Notes under the pieces: model-generated | Databases searched by the model: none | Told to the model about the DNA's origin: nothing | Seen by the model: the letters and a program-made list of their open reading frames with translations, nothing else | Shown: in pieces, positions 53,045 to 62,762 of the stretch | Layout: the number at the start of each line of letters is the position of its first letter | Position numbering within the stretch: position 1 is the stretch's first letter | DNA from: a virus | Length of the DNA stretch: 64,000 nucleotides | Direction: 5' to 3' (one strand) | IMG/VR virus record: IMGVR_UViG_3300035193_000045 | Translations under genes and position numbers: made by a program

Positions 53045-53696
53045 TTTTCTTTTTATTTAATTCCCTATTCGCTTTTATAATAGCAAAAGCCGCTTGCCTT
53101 AGAGCTTCCTTAGAATGAGTTATTTTAGGAACAGAAACCCCCTGCCTACTGTCAACTTTTTCAGATTCTTTATCAGTTAATACTCCTCTAGTTATATCAG
53201 CAATTTCTTTCCTAGCATCAAATCTAAATTTCTCTAATCGCATTAAAGCATTTAATAAACCTTCATAAGAATTAACAGTAGCTATGCTCATGTCTTCGAG
53301 CATTAAAAACACTTTTTCTGATATAGCGTCAGCGTTTTTTAATTGCTTAGTAATGGCTTGAACATGGGCCTGCCCAAGCTTCTCTAATACTTTTGTTTCT
53401 AATGCAATCCTATAATTTTCACGTTCTTCTACCCAATTATCCACCTTACTCCATTTAGTCAATGTAGAAAACGCTACTTTATCAAATGGATAAACTTTAG
53501 ATAAATCATTCAAAGAGATACCAGTTTGAGAAGTTACATATTTTATTTTTGCAAGACTTCTCAAACTTTTATTGTTTAATTCTTCTATTGGAGATCCAAA
53601 TTCAATAGAAGAAACTTTAGAACCAGGTAAAACCTTTATATTTACACCTGGATCATCAAAAGAAATCCTTGAATCTTTAATTGGCACCCTTTTCAA
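53022..53696 (-). CDS. hypothetical DNA-binding protein, possible small terminase (N-terminal KRVPIK tag)
   Basis: TTG start. SLNDLSKVYPFDKVAFSTLTKWSKVDNWVEERENY resembles HTH plus small-terminase N-termini; low confidence. Confidence 0.3.
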   Translation of the reverse strand: MKRVPIKDSRISFDDPGVNIKVLPGSKVSSIEFGSPIEELNNKSLRSLAKIKYVTSQTGISLNDLSKVYPFDKVAFSTLTKWSKVDNWVEERENYRIALETKVLEKLGQAHVQAITKQLKNADAISEKVFLMLEDMSIATVNSYEGLLNALMRLEKFRFDARKEIADITRGVLTDKESEKVDSRQGVSVPKITHSKEALRQAAFAIIKANRELNKKKNEKETLD

Positions 53697-53955
53697 AACT
53701 ACCCAACCTGTCTTTAATAACTACTAAAGTTTGACTCCATGCATCCTTCACAATCATTTCTAAATCATCCAATTTAGACAAAGGAACTTTCTGCTTATCT
53801 ATAGTAAAATTAGGAACTAGTTCTCCGTCATCAATCTTAAAATCCCCTTCTACAATATTTTCAGATAAACCCAACCGTTTAGAAATTCGTAATTTAGCTA
53901 ATTGTAATCCTTCCATTACAATTCGCTCTCTATTATAAAGAAATATAGTAATCAT
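53677..53955 (-). CDS. hypothetical protein
   Basis: 92 aa ORF tiling with neighbours. Confidence 0.5.
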   Translation of the reverse strand: MITIFLYNRERIVMEGLQLAKLRISKRLGLSENIVEGDFKIDDGELVPNFTIDKQKVPLSKLDDLEMIVKDAWSQTLVVIKDRLGSFEKGAN

Positions 53956-54278
53956 AAATTCAAATCCTCAATAGCTTGTTTAAATCTACAATTAGGTAAT
54001 ACTGCGTACATTCCATCCACTATAGATTTAAATGTATTAGATGCAAGATCTTCTAATACACCGATTATACGCATATTTTCAATCTCTATCGGAACCACAA
54101 ATCGTGAATGATGTATAATATCATCCTCCGCAATACATACCTCAATAGAAAAAGCATCCCAATCCCCGCAATATTTAAAAAAGATAGCATTTAGACAACA
54201 TATTTTATCATTATTACTATAATTAAAAACCGTTAATAATTTACTAAATAATAATTCTTGAAATTTAATTAAATTCAT
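53952..54278 (-). CDS. hypothetical protein
   Basis: 108 aa ORF tiling with neighbours. Confidence 0.5.
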   Translation of the reverse strand: MNLIKFQELLFSKLLTVFNYSNNDKICCLNAIFFKYCGDWDAFSIEVCIAEDDIIHHSRFVVPIEIENMRIIGVLEDLASNTFKSIVDGMYAVLPNCRFKQAIEDLNL

Positions 54279-54280
54279 AG

Positions 54281-54901
54281 CTATTCAACTCCTATATGAC
54301 ATTGATTCGCTAATTTTTTCACTTGTTTGATACGATGCTTTGCTAATCTGCGACCTTTAGGTGTTCCCCGGCAGCTACCTCCTTTAGAAGTATATGCTCG
54401 GATAGCTCCCTCTAATCCACCACATTTTTTAGATAAATAATTTATCCAATAAGAAAAACAAACTATTTGATCATATCGTTCATTTAAATTAAGTTGTAAT
54501 TGCCTACGACAAACCATTCTAATGGTACTATGAAACTGCATTATACCATGAGCCTTTGCTTTACCATTAGAAATATCCCCTCTAGCAAATTCATTAAAAG
54601 AAGATTCTTTATAGGCAAAAAATACAGCTAAAAAAGGCATAAAAGGTCTTTTATCATATATTGTAGATCCATTTATAAGATCTTGTACTAATTGCTTACG
54701 AATAATTGAATTCTTTCTAAACTTACTATTAGGGGTATCCTCTGTTTTATGTAAAATCCAATCATTTAAAACAATAAAAACACAAGCATTATTTAATTCT
54801 TCAGATCTAACAATTCTAATAAAACAAAGCAGCAAAATCAATGCTATAAAAAAACCACCTATTATAATTAAGAAATCTCTATAGTTATTATGTAGTCTCA
54901 T
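54281..54901 (-). CDS. membrane-anchored lytic transglycosylase (SLT domain)
   Basis: N-terminal helix FLIIIGGFFIALILLLCFI. AYKESSFNEF...AHGIMQF carries the SLT catalytic Glu-Ser and GxMQ motifs. Start refined to ATG 54901 (GGAGGA 4 nt upstream). Confidence 0.7.
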   Translation of the reverse strand: MRLHNNYRDFLIIIGGFFIALILLLCFIRIVRSEELNNACVFIVLNDWILHKTEDTPNSKFRKNSIIRKQLVQDLINGSTIYDKRPFMPFLAVFFAYKESSFNEFARGDISNGKAKAHGIMQFHSTIRMVCRRQLQLNLNERYDQIVCFSYWINYLSKKCGGLEGAIRAYTSKGGSCRGTPKGRRLAKHRIKQVKKLANQCHIGVE

Positions 54902-55535
54902 TGATTCCTCCAATAAATACTCTATTTTTTTGTATTTCCTCTATTAATAAAACTGCATGTGCAGTAGCATCTGATACATGCTCACGTTTTGTTTTAGAAT
55001 ACTTATGAATTTCTTCATAAAAATTTGATACCTCACTCTCAACCGCTAATTGAATACCTTCTTTACTTTTATCTTTTTTACCAAATCGTTTTTTAATGTC
55101 ATTTGGAAAAAAAGGAGCAACATATAATTGGCGAGAAAGTGCCCAAAACAAAACACCACCATAAACTACAGCAGATTTCCAAGCATTATTCCCAATAATA
55201 ATTTCACTTTTTTGATTTTTATAACGCATAACAGTATAAGATTCTATAGCAACCGCTGAAATAATCTGGCCTAATCTAGCATTATGAGAAAGGTATAAAT
55301 GTTCTAATTCTTCATACACCTCTCTATACCTTCTAAAATCATCTATATTAGTTCTTAATTGATTAATAGATTTTTTATCTTGCTTTTTAGTTTCAATATA
55401 TTGACTACCTAAACAACAATATTGACCAGCATTATCTAAACCCACTATAGATAATCCAGTAGTTCTAATTCCTGGATCTACACCAAGCACTACTAAAGAA
55501 TAATTCCTACCATATTTAATAGGTGTCCTAATCAT
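54888..55535 (-). CDS. ruvC: RuvC-like Holliday junction resolvase (N-terminal IRTPIK tag)
   Basis: VVLGVDPGIRTTGLSIVG is the RuvC N-terminal DPG motif; later ...VSDATAHAVLL. Confidence 0.7.
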   Translation of the reverse strand: MIRTPIKYGRNYSLVVLGVDPGIRTTGLSIVGLDNAGQYCCLGSQYIETKKQDKKSINQLRTNIDDFRRYREVYEELEHLYLSHNARLGQIISAVAIESYTVMRYKNQKSEIIIGNNAWKSAVVYGGVLFWALSRQLYVAPFFPNDIKKRFGKKDKSKEGIQLAVESEVSNFYEEIHKYSKTKREHVSDATAHAVLLIEEIQKNRVFIGGINETT

Positions 55536-55836
55536 TTTTATACAACTTTACATAGTCTTTTGTACGAATTCTTTTACATCTAAAAAACTTTATATTATCA
55601 GTTATAATCATAACCGGCCTATCTTTCCATTCTATGGGAAATTTTGATATTAATTCTTGTACACTATTGTGTGTCATACTAGAAGAAACACTAACAACAA
55701 TAACATTGTCTAATTCTTGTTTAACTATTTGATGCTTTATATTTGTATCAAATGGTATTTCTAATTGCCCTTCGCTTGAAATAGGCTCTACTTGATATAA
55801 GACTGTTTGTTTCTTCTGTATATCTTTTGTCTTCAT
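55528..55836 (-). CDS. hypothetical protein
   Basis: Start refined to MKTKDIQKK (GGAGGA 8 nt upstream); overlaps the sbcC 3' end by 89 nt in another frame. Confidence 0.45.
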   Translation of the reverse strand: MKTKDIQKKQTVLYQVEPISSEGQLEIPFDTNIKHQIVKQELDNVIVVSVSSSMTHNSVQELISKFPIEWKDRPVMIITDNIKFFRCKRIRTKDYVKLYKND

Positions 55837-57754
55837 TGAAAGTATCCTCCACAAGATTACTTTGTCCATTTTCTTTTATAACAGTAATTCTATTCTCAAA
55901 CAAGGATTGAAAATCTGGATCATGATCTATTACGAATACAGAATCCTTATCCTTAGCCAATAACTGAAGCATATCCATTACTGCATGCTTGCCATCGCTG
56001 TCTAAGTGTCTAAATATTTCATCTAAAATAAGTAAGTTATACTGCTTAGTAGAACGTCTAGAGATTATAGACGAAAGTCCTAAGTCAATGGCTATTGAAA
56101 TACGTTGTTTTTCTCCGCCACTCCAACTTCTATAATTTCTAGAAATTATGGAACCATCAGGTGCCCATCTACAAATATTAACCTCGGGACTATTTATTAT
56201 TTTTTTACCTCTACCTTTTTTATAAGAACCCAATTCTACCCAAATAGTGCCGTCTGTAAGAAGTTTTACCCAATAATTAATTGATGCATTAAGCTCACTC
56301 AATTTTGTATCAAGTATATAAGATTTTAGTCCTTTCGGTCCTAGTGCTTTAATCCAAAAAACATAGCACTCTTTTAAAGTCGTAATACTATCCAATTGTT
56401 GGTTTATCTGTAATAAATCATTATTGCATCTAGTTAATTTAAGGTTATCTTCTTGCTGTATAGATATCCACGGATTTATCTTATCGGATTCTTCTTTAAT
56501 ACGATTTTGAATAAAAATAATATCATCCTGAATAGAATTTTTTAGCTTATTATTTTTGTCTATATCCGATATAGCATTTAATTGTTCTTGTATTTCTGCC
56601 TTTAACTTAACAGAATTATCTAAAAACAAAGCTTTTTCTCTCTCTATTTTACTTAACTCTGTTCGAATAGATCCATCGATTGTATCCAACCTATTTTTTA
56701 TATTATGAAATTCTAACGTTTTTACAGAAAATAAATCCTCTAATTTACTATATTCCTTTTGTAAATGCTCTATAGTAACTAACTGTCCACAACTATCACA
56801 ATGATAATTACCATTATTCATAGTATAGTTCAAATACTGTTGTTTATTAATAATATCAGACAATTCTTTATCTACAACAGCTAACTGTTTATTAATATCT
56901 AACTGCTGCGCTAAATAAGATTTATATATAGATTCATCTGGTTTACTTAAATTGGATACTTGAGTCTGTAATTCTTGTATCCTGATTTCGCATCCAACCT
57001 TATCTAATAGTTGAATTGCATCATTTTTAATTTGTAATTCATTTTCCTTAATACGCAAAGATTCAATAGACCTACTCTTACTATTTTCCCAATCTTGTAT
57101 ATTAACAATATAATTTTTACCTTTTAAACTTGTTATAATTTGATCAATGGTTTGTTTATTTCCTAATATACGTTGCTCTGATAACAATAATTCATTTTGT
57201 TTGCACTTAACTTTCTCTAAAAGATTATCTATGAATTCAAGTTGAGATAATTTAGTTAATATTTCCATGCGCTTAGCATCAGTACTATCCGCATAATGCA
57301 CTAAATTTGTTTGAGCAAATAAAATAGTAGAATGAAAAATTTCTCCATCAATACCTAATAAATCATAAATGACTTTCTGTGTTTCTTTTATATCTAATTT
57401 AGTTAATTGATTATCGTCATTTATTAATAATTGTAAAACAGTGTTTCCTTTTCTAGACCTCTCCCTTCGAATCAAAATCATATCACCAGTATCTGACTCT
57501 ACCTGCACCTCTACATAACAATTTGTACAATTATCATTGATAATACTGTCTATATGATCTCCTCGAGGTATTTTTCCATTAATACACCAGTCTAAACTAT
57601 CAGGAATACAAGATTTACCTGCTCCATTAGAATCCATTTTAGGTTCATCTTTATTTATTCCTTGAATTAATACTAATCCTCTATCAATTAATGAAATAAA
57701 ATGTTCACCTACATAAGAACCATAATTACACAATTTGATATTGAGTATCTTCAT
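55748..57754 (-). CDS. sbcC: SbcC/Rad50-like ATPase (T4 gp46 analog)
   Basis: Walker A NGAGKSCIPDSL, long coiled coil with central CDSC zinc hook, signature SGGEKQRISIAIDLGL, Walker B LLILDEIF. Confidence 0.85.
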   Translation of the reverse strand: MKILNIKLCNYGSYVGEHFISLIDRGLVLIQGINKDEPKMDSNGAGKSCIPDSLDWCINGKIPRGDHIDSIINDNCTNCYVEVQVESDTGDMILIRRERSRKGNTVLQLLINDDNQLTKLDIKETQKVIYDLLGIDGEIFHSTILFAQTNLVHYADSTDAKRMEILTKLSQLEFIDNLLEKVKCKQNELLLSEQRILGNKQTIDQIITSLKGKNYIVNIQDWENSKSRSIESLRIKENELQIKNDAIQLLDKVGCEIRIQELQTQVSNLSKPDESIYKSYLAQQLDINKQLAVVDKELSDIINKQQYLNYTMNNGNYHCDSCGQLVTIEHLQKEYSKLEDLFSVKTLEFHNIKNRLDTIDGSIRTELSKIEREKALFLDNSVKLKAEIQEQLNAISDIDKNNKLKNSIQDDIIFIQNRIKEESDKINPWISIQQEDNLKLTRCNNDLLQINQQLDSITTLKECYVFWIKALGPKGLKSYILDTKLSELNASINYWVKLLTDGTIWVELGSYKKGRGKKIINSPEVNICRWAPDGSIISRNYRSWSGGEKQRISIAIDLGLSSIISRRSTKQYNLLILDEIFRHLDSDGKHAVMDMLQLLAKDKDSVFVIDHDPDFQSLFENRITVIKENGQSNLVEDTFNEDKRYTEETNSLISSRAYFKRRAIRNTI

Positions 57755-58722
57755 AGTTCATTCACTAATTGATTAAATACTTGTAATAATAATTCTTTAT
57801 CAATTTCACCTGCAAAATTATCAATATAAGATTTTACGTAGTCCATTGAATCGTTACTACATACATTCAATCTATTATTTAACGAACTGTCATTTGAGGA
57901 TTCTACAATACATCTGACTCCTTCAGGAACAACAATGCTTTTCCTAAATTTTTCTAAATCCACTCCTTGAGGAGCTTTCAATTTAACGATATCTCCTTTT
58001 TCAACACCATTAATACAAGTACCTTGTGGTACTACATCAAATATGTAATGTTTAGTTCCCCAATTCATGGTCTCGTAAATAGGAACAAAATGTTCTTGAA
58101 TATTTTTAGTAAAAACCATATAACCTTTTTCTTGATTTGCTTCACTTACATCAATTTGATAAGGAGACCCTACATAAAATATATTACGTATATTCTGCCT
58201 TTTATGGTAATGCCCAGAAATGATAATAAAATATCTAGATAATTCATTAGTAGACATACCATCATTGTCTAATACATTGTTAGAAATCTCAAAACCCTGA
58301 ACACCTTGATGCATAAAAACAATTCCAGAAGGAATTTTGCTTAAATAATCCAATAATATTTGTTTATTTTTTCTATAAGGTAACCAAATAAAATTTTTAT
58401 AAATACAAGGCTGTTCAATCACTTCTACATTATTTAATTCCGAAAAAGGTTTTAACGCATTATCTCCTTTTTCATTTATTTGATCATGATTGCCCACTAA
58501 TAAAATAACTTCAATTCCGCAATCATTTAGATCATGAAAATAATCAAGCACCTTATTCTGTATCTCTACATCTACTTTATACCTTAAATGATAAAAATCG
58601 CCTAAACAAACAAGTAATTTATCCGCTTGCTGAAGTACTGCGTTTTTTAAACCAGGAAGTACTTCATTGAATACTATTTCCGAAGTACGTTCATGTAGAT
58701 GTAAATCAGAAAAAATAATCAT
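57751..58722 (-). CDS. sbcD: SbcD/Mre11-like nuclease (T4 gp47 analog)
   Basis: FSDLHLH, CLGDFYH, GNHD and GHYH metallophosphoesterase motifs. Start refined to MIIFSD (GGAGGA 9 nt upstream; TAATG overlap). Confidence 0.85.
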   Translation of the reverse strand: MIIFSDLHLHERTSEIVFNEVLPGLKNAVLQQADKLLVCLGDFYHLRYKVDVEIQNKVLDYFHDLNDCGIEVILLVGNHDQINEKGDNALKPFSELNNVEVIEQPCIYKNFIWLPYRKNKQILLDYLSKIPSGIVFMHQGVQGFEISNNVLDNDGMSTNELSRYFIIISGHYHKRQNIRNIFYVGSPYQIDVSEANQEKGYMVFTKNIQEHFVPIYETMNWGTKHYIFDVVPQGTCINGVEKGDIVKLKAPQGVDLEKFRKSIVVPEGVRCIVESSNDSSLNNRLNVCSNDSMDYVKSYIDNFAGEIDKELLLQVFNQLVNEL

Positions 58723-59339
58723 TACGAACGTTCCTCCATACAATTAACAGAATTCCAAGTAATAGAACATAGAATGTTATCCTCAATAATTATTTCTTTG
58801 GGCTTTTCACAAATAATAACTGGAGTATGCGGGCATACCCATACTGAAAAACAGGATTGTATGAGTTTATCGTACAACGATATTATTTCTTTAGATCTAT
58901 TTCCGCAAGGAACATCTAGTACTTCAATTAAATACATATACAAAGCTACAAATTTATAATCTAAAAAAGAATCAAAAAGAGTCTCCTCTGTATACTTACA
59001 AATACTAGGGGGATAATTCAAATTAAGAAAATGAGTATCAAGATATCTTTTAACATCCTCACTTAAATAAGCATTAAACACGTAATTAAATAAAAAATCT
59101 TTAAGGACATAACTAACCGACGCAAAAGAAAAATAAAACATACGTTGTAAATATCCTTCGCGCAAAGTATTTACCCAATTAAAACCTTTAATAGTCACTC
59201 CATTTAATTGAGATATTTTACTAATAGATTTTTCTGCCTGTAATTTATCTGTACAATTTACATCCGTTGCATATTCTAAATATTTAGTTTTATATTTATC
59301 TATCATCATCCTTTGATCACTATTTAATATATTTATCAT
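58722..59339 (-). CDS. hypothetical protein
   Basis: 205 aa; no motif recognised. Confidence 0.55.
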   Translation of the reverse strand: MINILNSDQRMMIDKYKTKYLEYATDVNCTDKLQAEKSISKISQLNGVTIKGFNWVNTLREGYLQRMFYFSFASVSYVLKDFLFNYVFNAYLSEDVKRYLDTHFLNLNYPPSICKYTEETLFDSFLDYKFVALYMYLIEVLDVPCGNRSKEIISLYDKLIQSCFSVWVCPHTPVIICEKPKEIIIEDNILCSITWNSVNCMEERS

Positions 59340-59551
59340 TTTTCAAATTTTCCTTTTATAATAGCCCCATCATCTGCAACTAAACAAGTTTGATGCTTAG
59401 GCTTTCCTAAAAAGGGGGAACTATACATACGAATTAATTGCCCACCACATTCACAAATAGAACCATCAAAATTATAAGCTTCTTCAAAAGTATCTAGTAA
59501 TTGCTCAGTGATATTATCACATTTGTTACATTTAAATTCGTAAATAGGCAT
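59336..59551 (-). CDS. FmdB-type zinc-ribbon protein
   Basis: MPIYEFKCNKCDN...CECGG matches the MPxYEYxCxxC family start. Confidence 0.6.
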   Translation of the reverse strand: MPIYEFKCNKCDNITEQLLDTFEEAYNFDGSICECGGQLIRMYSSPFLGKPKHQTCLVADDGAIIKGKFEK

Positions 59552-59556
59552 ATTTT

Positions 59557-59793
59557 TTACTCTTTTCTAAATTTACACGGAAATATTATCCAACTATCCT
59601 TATCCACTACATGCTTTTTACCAGGGAAACAATGCGCCATTGTACATCTATCACACCAACATCCTAAATTATCTAAGTCACAACAACAATCCATTTCACA
59701 AGGTTCTACTACATTACTTAACCCATCTAAATTATTTTCTTTTAAAAACAATAAAACCAATTCATATAAATTTTTATGATATAGATCATCCAT
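59557..59793 (-). CDS. Cys-rich hypothetical protein
   Basis: 78 aa with 9 Cys (CEMDCCCDLDNLGCWCDRC). Confidence 0.5.
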   Translation of the reverse strand: MDDLYHKNLYELVLLFLKENNLDGLSNVVEPCEMDCCCDLDNLGCWCDRCTMAHCFPGKKHVVDKDSWIIFPCKFRKE

Positions 59794-59804
59794 AAAAATA
59801 CTCC

Positions 59805-60890
59805 TTATTTATTGTTAGACATTACTGTATAATAAACCGATAGCAACTTATTAAACAATAAAGGATTTTCTCTACATTTATCTGCCAAACCATTCCAACC
59901 TTGAAATTTTATCACTTCACCATCGATATTAATCGCGCCCCAACTACCATCCACTACAATAATTTTTGCATTTTTTAATGTTTCATAAATAGACCAAGTA
60001 TTATCTATACCAATTCCAGAAATAAGTGCAAAATCAGTTTTTTTATAAGGATTTCCTAATCTATTTTTATCCAAAAATGCACCAACTTGTCTACCAATGT
60101 GTTCCCCTTTATAATTAATATATCCAAGATTAAATAAATTAATTCTAATAGTGGCTAAATGCCTAACTGCTGAACCTCCATACGTTTCTTTTTTTGTCAC
60201 GTTCCCAAAGCCACCTTTGTTCTTACCAAACGCCTCATATTGGTGATTTGCAATTACAATAGCTACATTAGTTCTTCCTAATTTAGAAGGTAGTAAACGA
60301 CAAGCTTCCTTTAATACCTTCGCCGCTCCCGCAGGTTTACCTTCAGCTTCTAATCGCTTTTTTACTTCATCCCTAGTTGCAGTCCCGCCTAACGCATCCC
60401 ATCCAATTACTACAGGAACATCTGGAGCATTAATTGCCCACCATTCTACAGTATTATACATTTGAATCATTACATTTTCTATATGTAATTCATCTCTTTT
60501 AAATTCTACACATTGCAGTTTATTAATATCCACCCCTATCTTACTCGTGTATCTAAAATCCCTTGCGGATTCCGAATCAAATAAAATAGGTACTCCACCT
60601 ATAGATTGAACAGAAGCAAATAGATGATCTATAATGGTAGATTTTCCGATATGTTGTGGCCCGTAAATTTCCGTCACTCTACCTGTTGGAATACCTACAC
60701 CATTTAATAAAGAATCTAAAGCAATACTTTGTGTAGATATGTATTGCTTAACATTAGCTAAGCAATCATCATTAGAAAAATCTAATACCTCAACAATCCC
60801 ATTACCTTTTTTCTTTATATAAGTCTGGTATTCAGCAATTGGATCTTTTTTAATAGGTTTAGGTTTCTTTCCAATCGAAATCCGCTTCAT
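59805..60890 (-). CDS. RecA-family recombinase (UvsX/RecA-like)
   Basis: GIPTGRVTEIYGPQHIGKSTIIDHL (Walker A in RecA context); 361 aa; begins MKRISIGKKPKPIKK. Confidence 0.75.
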   Translation of the reverse strand: MKRISIGKKPKPIKKDPIAEYQTYIKKKGNGIVEVLDFSNDDCLANVKQYISTQSIALDSLLNGVGIPTGRVTEIYGPQHIGKSTIIDHLFASVQSIGGVPILFDSESARDFRYTSKIGVDINKLQCVEFKRDELHIENVMIQMYNTVEWWAINAPDVPVVIGWDALGGTATRDEVKKRLEAEGKPAGAAKVLKEACRLLPSKLGRTNVAIVIANHQYEAFGKNKGGFGNVTKKETYGGSAVRHLATIRINLFNLGYINYKGEHIGRQVGAFLDKNRLGNPYKKTDFALISGIGIDNTWSIYETLKNAKIIVVDGSWGAINIDGEVIKFQGWNGLADKCRENPLLFNKLLSVYYTVMSNNK

Positions 60891-62281
60891 TACTGATTAC
60901 CATTATTTCCTCGAATAGAATCCTGAAGTTGCTGTAAAGTCACAGGTTGTTGTTGTACTAAAGGTGCCCGCGTATTCATTTGGTTCGCATTTTGAGCTTC
61001 ATTTTTAATAGGACTACGATTAAATGGTACGTTAGGAGTAATAGGTTGCTGTGGTAAAGTATTCTGCTGAGAAGGCTGTGGGTAGTACGGAGGTCCATTA
61101 TAATTTCCACTTGAGACAGGAGGAGGATTAATATTCTGTTGGGGTTGTGTTACTAAATTAGGAGTATTAGGTTGAGGAATAGGATTAGGCATCATTGGAG
61201 GAATTGTATTTTGCATTGAATAAGGCTGCTGTACTCCAGCATTAGGATATTGCATCGATGAAGATCCACCAATATTTCCAAGTCCCATATCTATAATTGC
61301 ATTTTGCATTTCTTCTTCACTTGGATGCTTAAATACAGATTCAAGGTCTATCAAATTAGACAATAATCCCCAAAATTGTTGCGGTAAAGGCTGTGGATCT
61401 TCATCAATGCAGCTATACTCTACATCAAACTTCCCTGGGCCAGTTTTTGTTTTCTTTATTCTAATAGGTCTACCTAATTGTGGATCACAAATATTAACAG
61501 ATCTTTCCTCTAATAAATTACCAATTGCTTTATGCAATGTAGCACCTGCTCGTAAAACAGCCGGTTGGGCTTGCCCATTATTAAGATGAATTTGTGGTGT
61601 ATCTAATAACGCTACTTGATATAGAAAATTAGTATTAACGCTCCCCCAATCTTTCGCCCTTTTCTGTGTACTAGGGTCAGAGCTTTCAATAGCTAATCTA
61701 GCTACTTGGCATATTTTACAACTATCAGCTCCCGGACAGCCTAATGACGCACCTTGAGGTTTACTGACTGATTTCCAAAAATGGCTTAAAGCAATCGCAA
61801 ATATATATTTACCAGGCGCCCATGGAGGTAAAATAAAAACCCTAATAACTGATTGATGTCCGATAGGGACAGATGCACTTTCCCATTTAGACTCATTATT
61901 TGGGCCTAAAAATTTAACAAAAGTATATTGAGATCCACCACGCCCCATAGACATTTTATGCTCTTGATATGCGCTCATCATCTGATGGGCATCAGGCATA
62001 TTATAAACAGGCATTTGTCCAGTAAATTGCTGTGGCATATTTTGTGAGGGCATTTGTCCTTGCATAGGATACGGCGATTGGATGGGATATCCTTGCTGTG
62101 GAAATCCTTGTGGCTGCTGATACACATTATTAGGGTACTGAGGAGCATTATTAGGGTACTGGGGCTGATTATAACTTTGTTGATTATTAGGTTGGGCCTG
62201 TAAAGGATAATATTGAGGGGGCATATTTACGTTTGATGAATTACTCATTTTTTTCTCCTTAGATGGATAAAGGGGCACCAT
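60890..62281 (-). CDS. gp32-like ssDNA-binding protein flanked by Q/P/N-rich low-complexity tails
   Basis: The core SVIRVFILPP...FAIALSHFW...LGCPGADSCKICQ parallels T4 gp32 AVIRFLPS...FAILVNHGF...CSSTHGDYDSCPVCQ (His/Cys3 zinc site). The N- and C-terminal regions of about 90-120 aa are PQ-rich. Confidence 0.6.
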   Translation of the reverse strand: MVPLYPSKEKKMSNSSNVNMPPQYYPLQAQPNNQQSYNQPQYPNNAPQYPNNVYQQPQGFPQQGYPIQSPYPMQGQMPSQNMPQQFTGQMPVYNMPDAHQMMSAYQEHKMSMGRGGSQYTFVKFLGPNNESKWESASVPIGHQSVIRVFILPPWAPGKYIFAIALSHFWKSVSKPQGASLGCPGADSCKICQVARLAIESSDPSTQKRAKDWGSVNTNFLYQVALLDTPQIHLNNGQAQPAVLRAGATLHKAIGNLLEERSVNICDPQLGRPIRIKKTKTGPGKFDVEYSCIDEDPQPLPQQFWGLLSNLIDLESVFKHPSEEEMQNAIIDMGLGNIGGSSSMQYPNAGVQQPYSMQNTIPPMMPNPIPQPNTPNLVTQPQQNINPPPVSSGNYNGPPYYPQPSQQNTLPQQPITPNVPFNRSPIKNEAQNANQMNTRAPLVQQQPVTLQQLQDSIRGNNGNQ

Positions 62282-62750
62282 CTTCTGTATTGCGCCTATA
62301 AACCATAGACTTAATTATTTCTTTTTTAGATAACAATGCCTGTACAATGTACATTACGGTATTGTATGCTTCTTCAGCTCTTTCTACCTCTAGATAATAA
62401 TTAGAATAAAAAGGATCTACTCTAATAAGTGAATCTATTTCTTTTTCAGTATGCTTTTCCCCAGTATTTCTATACTTTAAATATTGTTGTGCTTTCCATA
62501 TACGGTATTCTCTCGCCTTTATATCCCATACTCTTTTACATTGTGCACAGTACCTCCCCCAATGTCCAATTTTTGCCGATATTGTCTGGACTTCTTCTTG
62601 TAAGTTGCTTTCATCTATAAAAACTTCTTTAATGATATGCGCACCAGTTACTTCCCACCATGGGGAAGTAGTTCCATCCGGATTGATAGTATATATATTA
62701 AAATTAGATATATTTTGTAAACGTTGAACAAGGGCATTGTACATAGACAT
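62259..62750 (-). CDS. hypothetical protein
   Basis: 163 aa between the polymerase and SSB genes; no motif recognised. Confidence 0.55.
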   Translation of the reverse strand: MSMYNALVQRLQNISNFNIYTINPDGTTSPWWEVTGAHIIKEVFIDESNLQEEVQTISAKIGHWGRYCAQCKRVWDIKAREYRIWKAQQYLKYRNTGEKHTEKEIDSLIRVDPFYSNYYLEVERAEEAYNTVMYIVQALLSKKEIIKSMVYRRNTEDGAPLSI

Positions 62751-62762
62751 TGTTTATTCCTT

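Noticed and set aside
60890-62281. Q/P-rich tails of the SSB-like gene considered as a collagen-like or structural fibre protein
   Set aside because: There is no Gly-X-Y periodicity, the central region matches the gp32 zinc-site pattern, and the gene sits between recombinase and polymerase genes.
93-62620. About 50 track ORFs (60-145 aa) on the plus strand or nested in another frame inside long minus-strand genes, for example 93-296, 1887-2078, 7940-8284, 8943-9380, 22694-23041, 46894-47274 and 59501-59779
   Set aside because: Each lies antisense to, or nested within, a gene that has clear motifs or tiles with its neighbours. They lack SD sites and have Leu/Ser/Phe/Ile-rich composition typical of antisense frames in AT-rich DNA. 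Treated as spurious.
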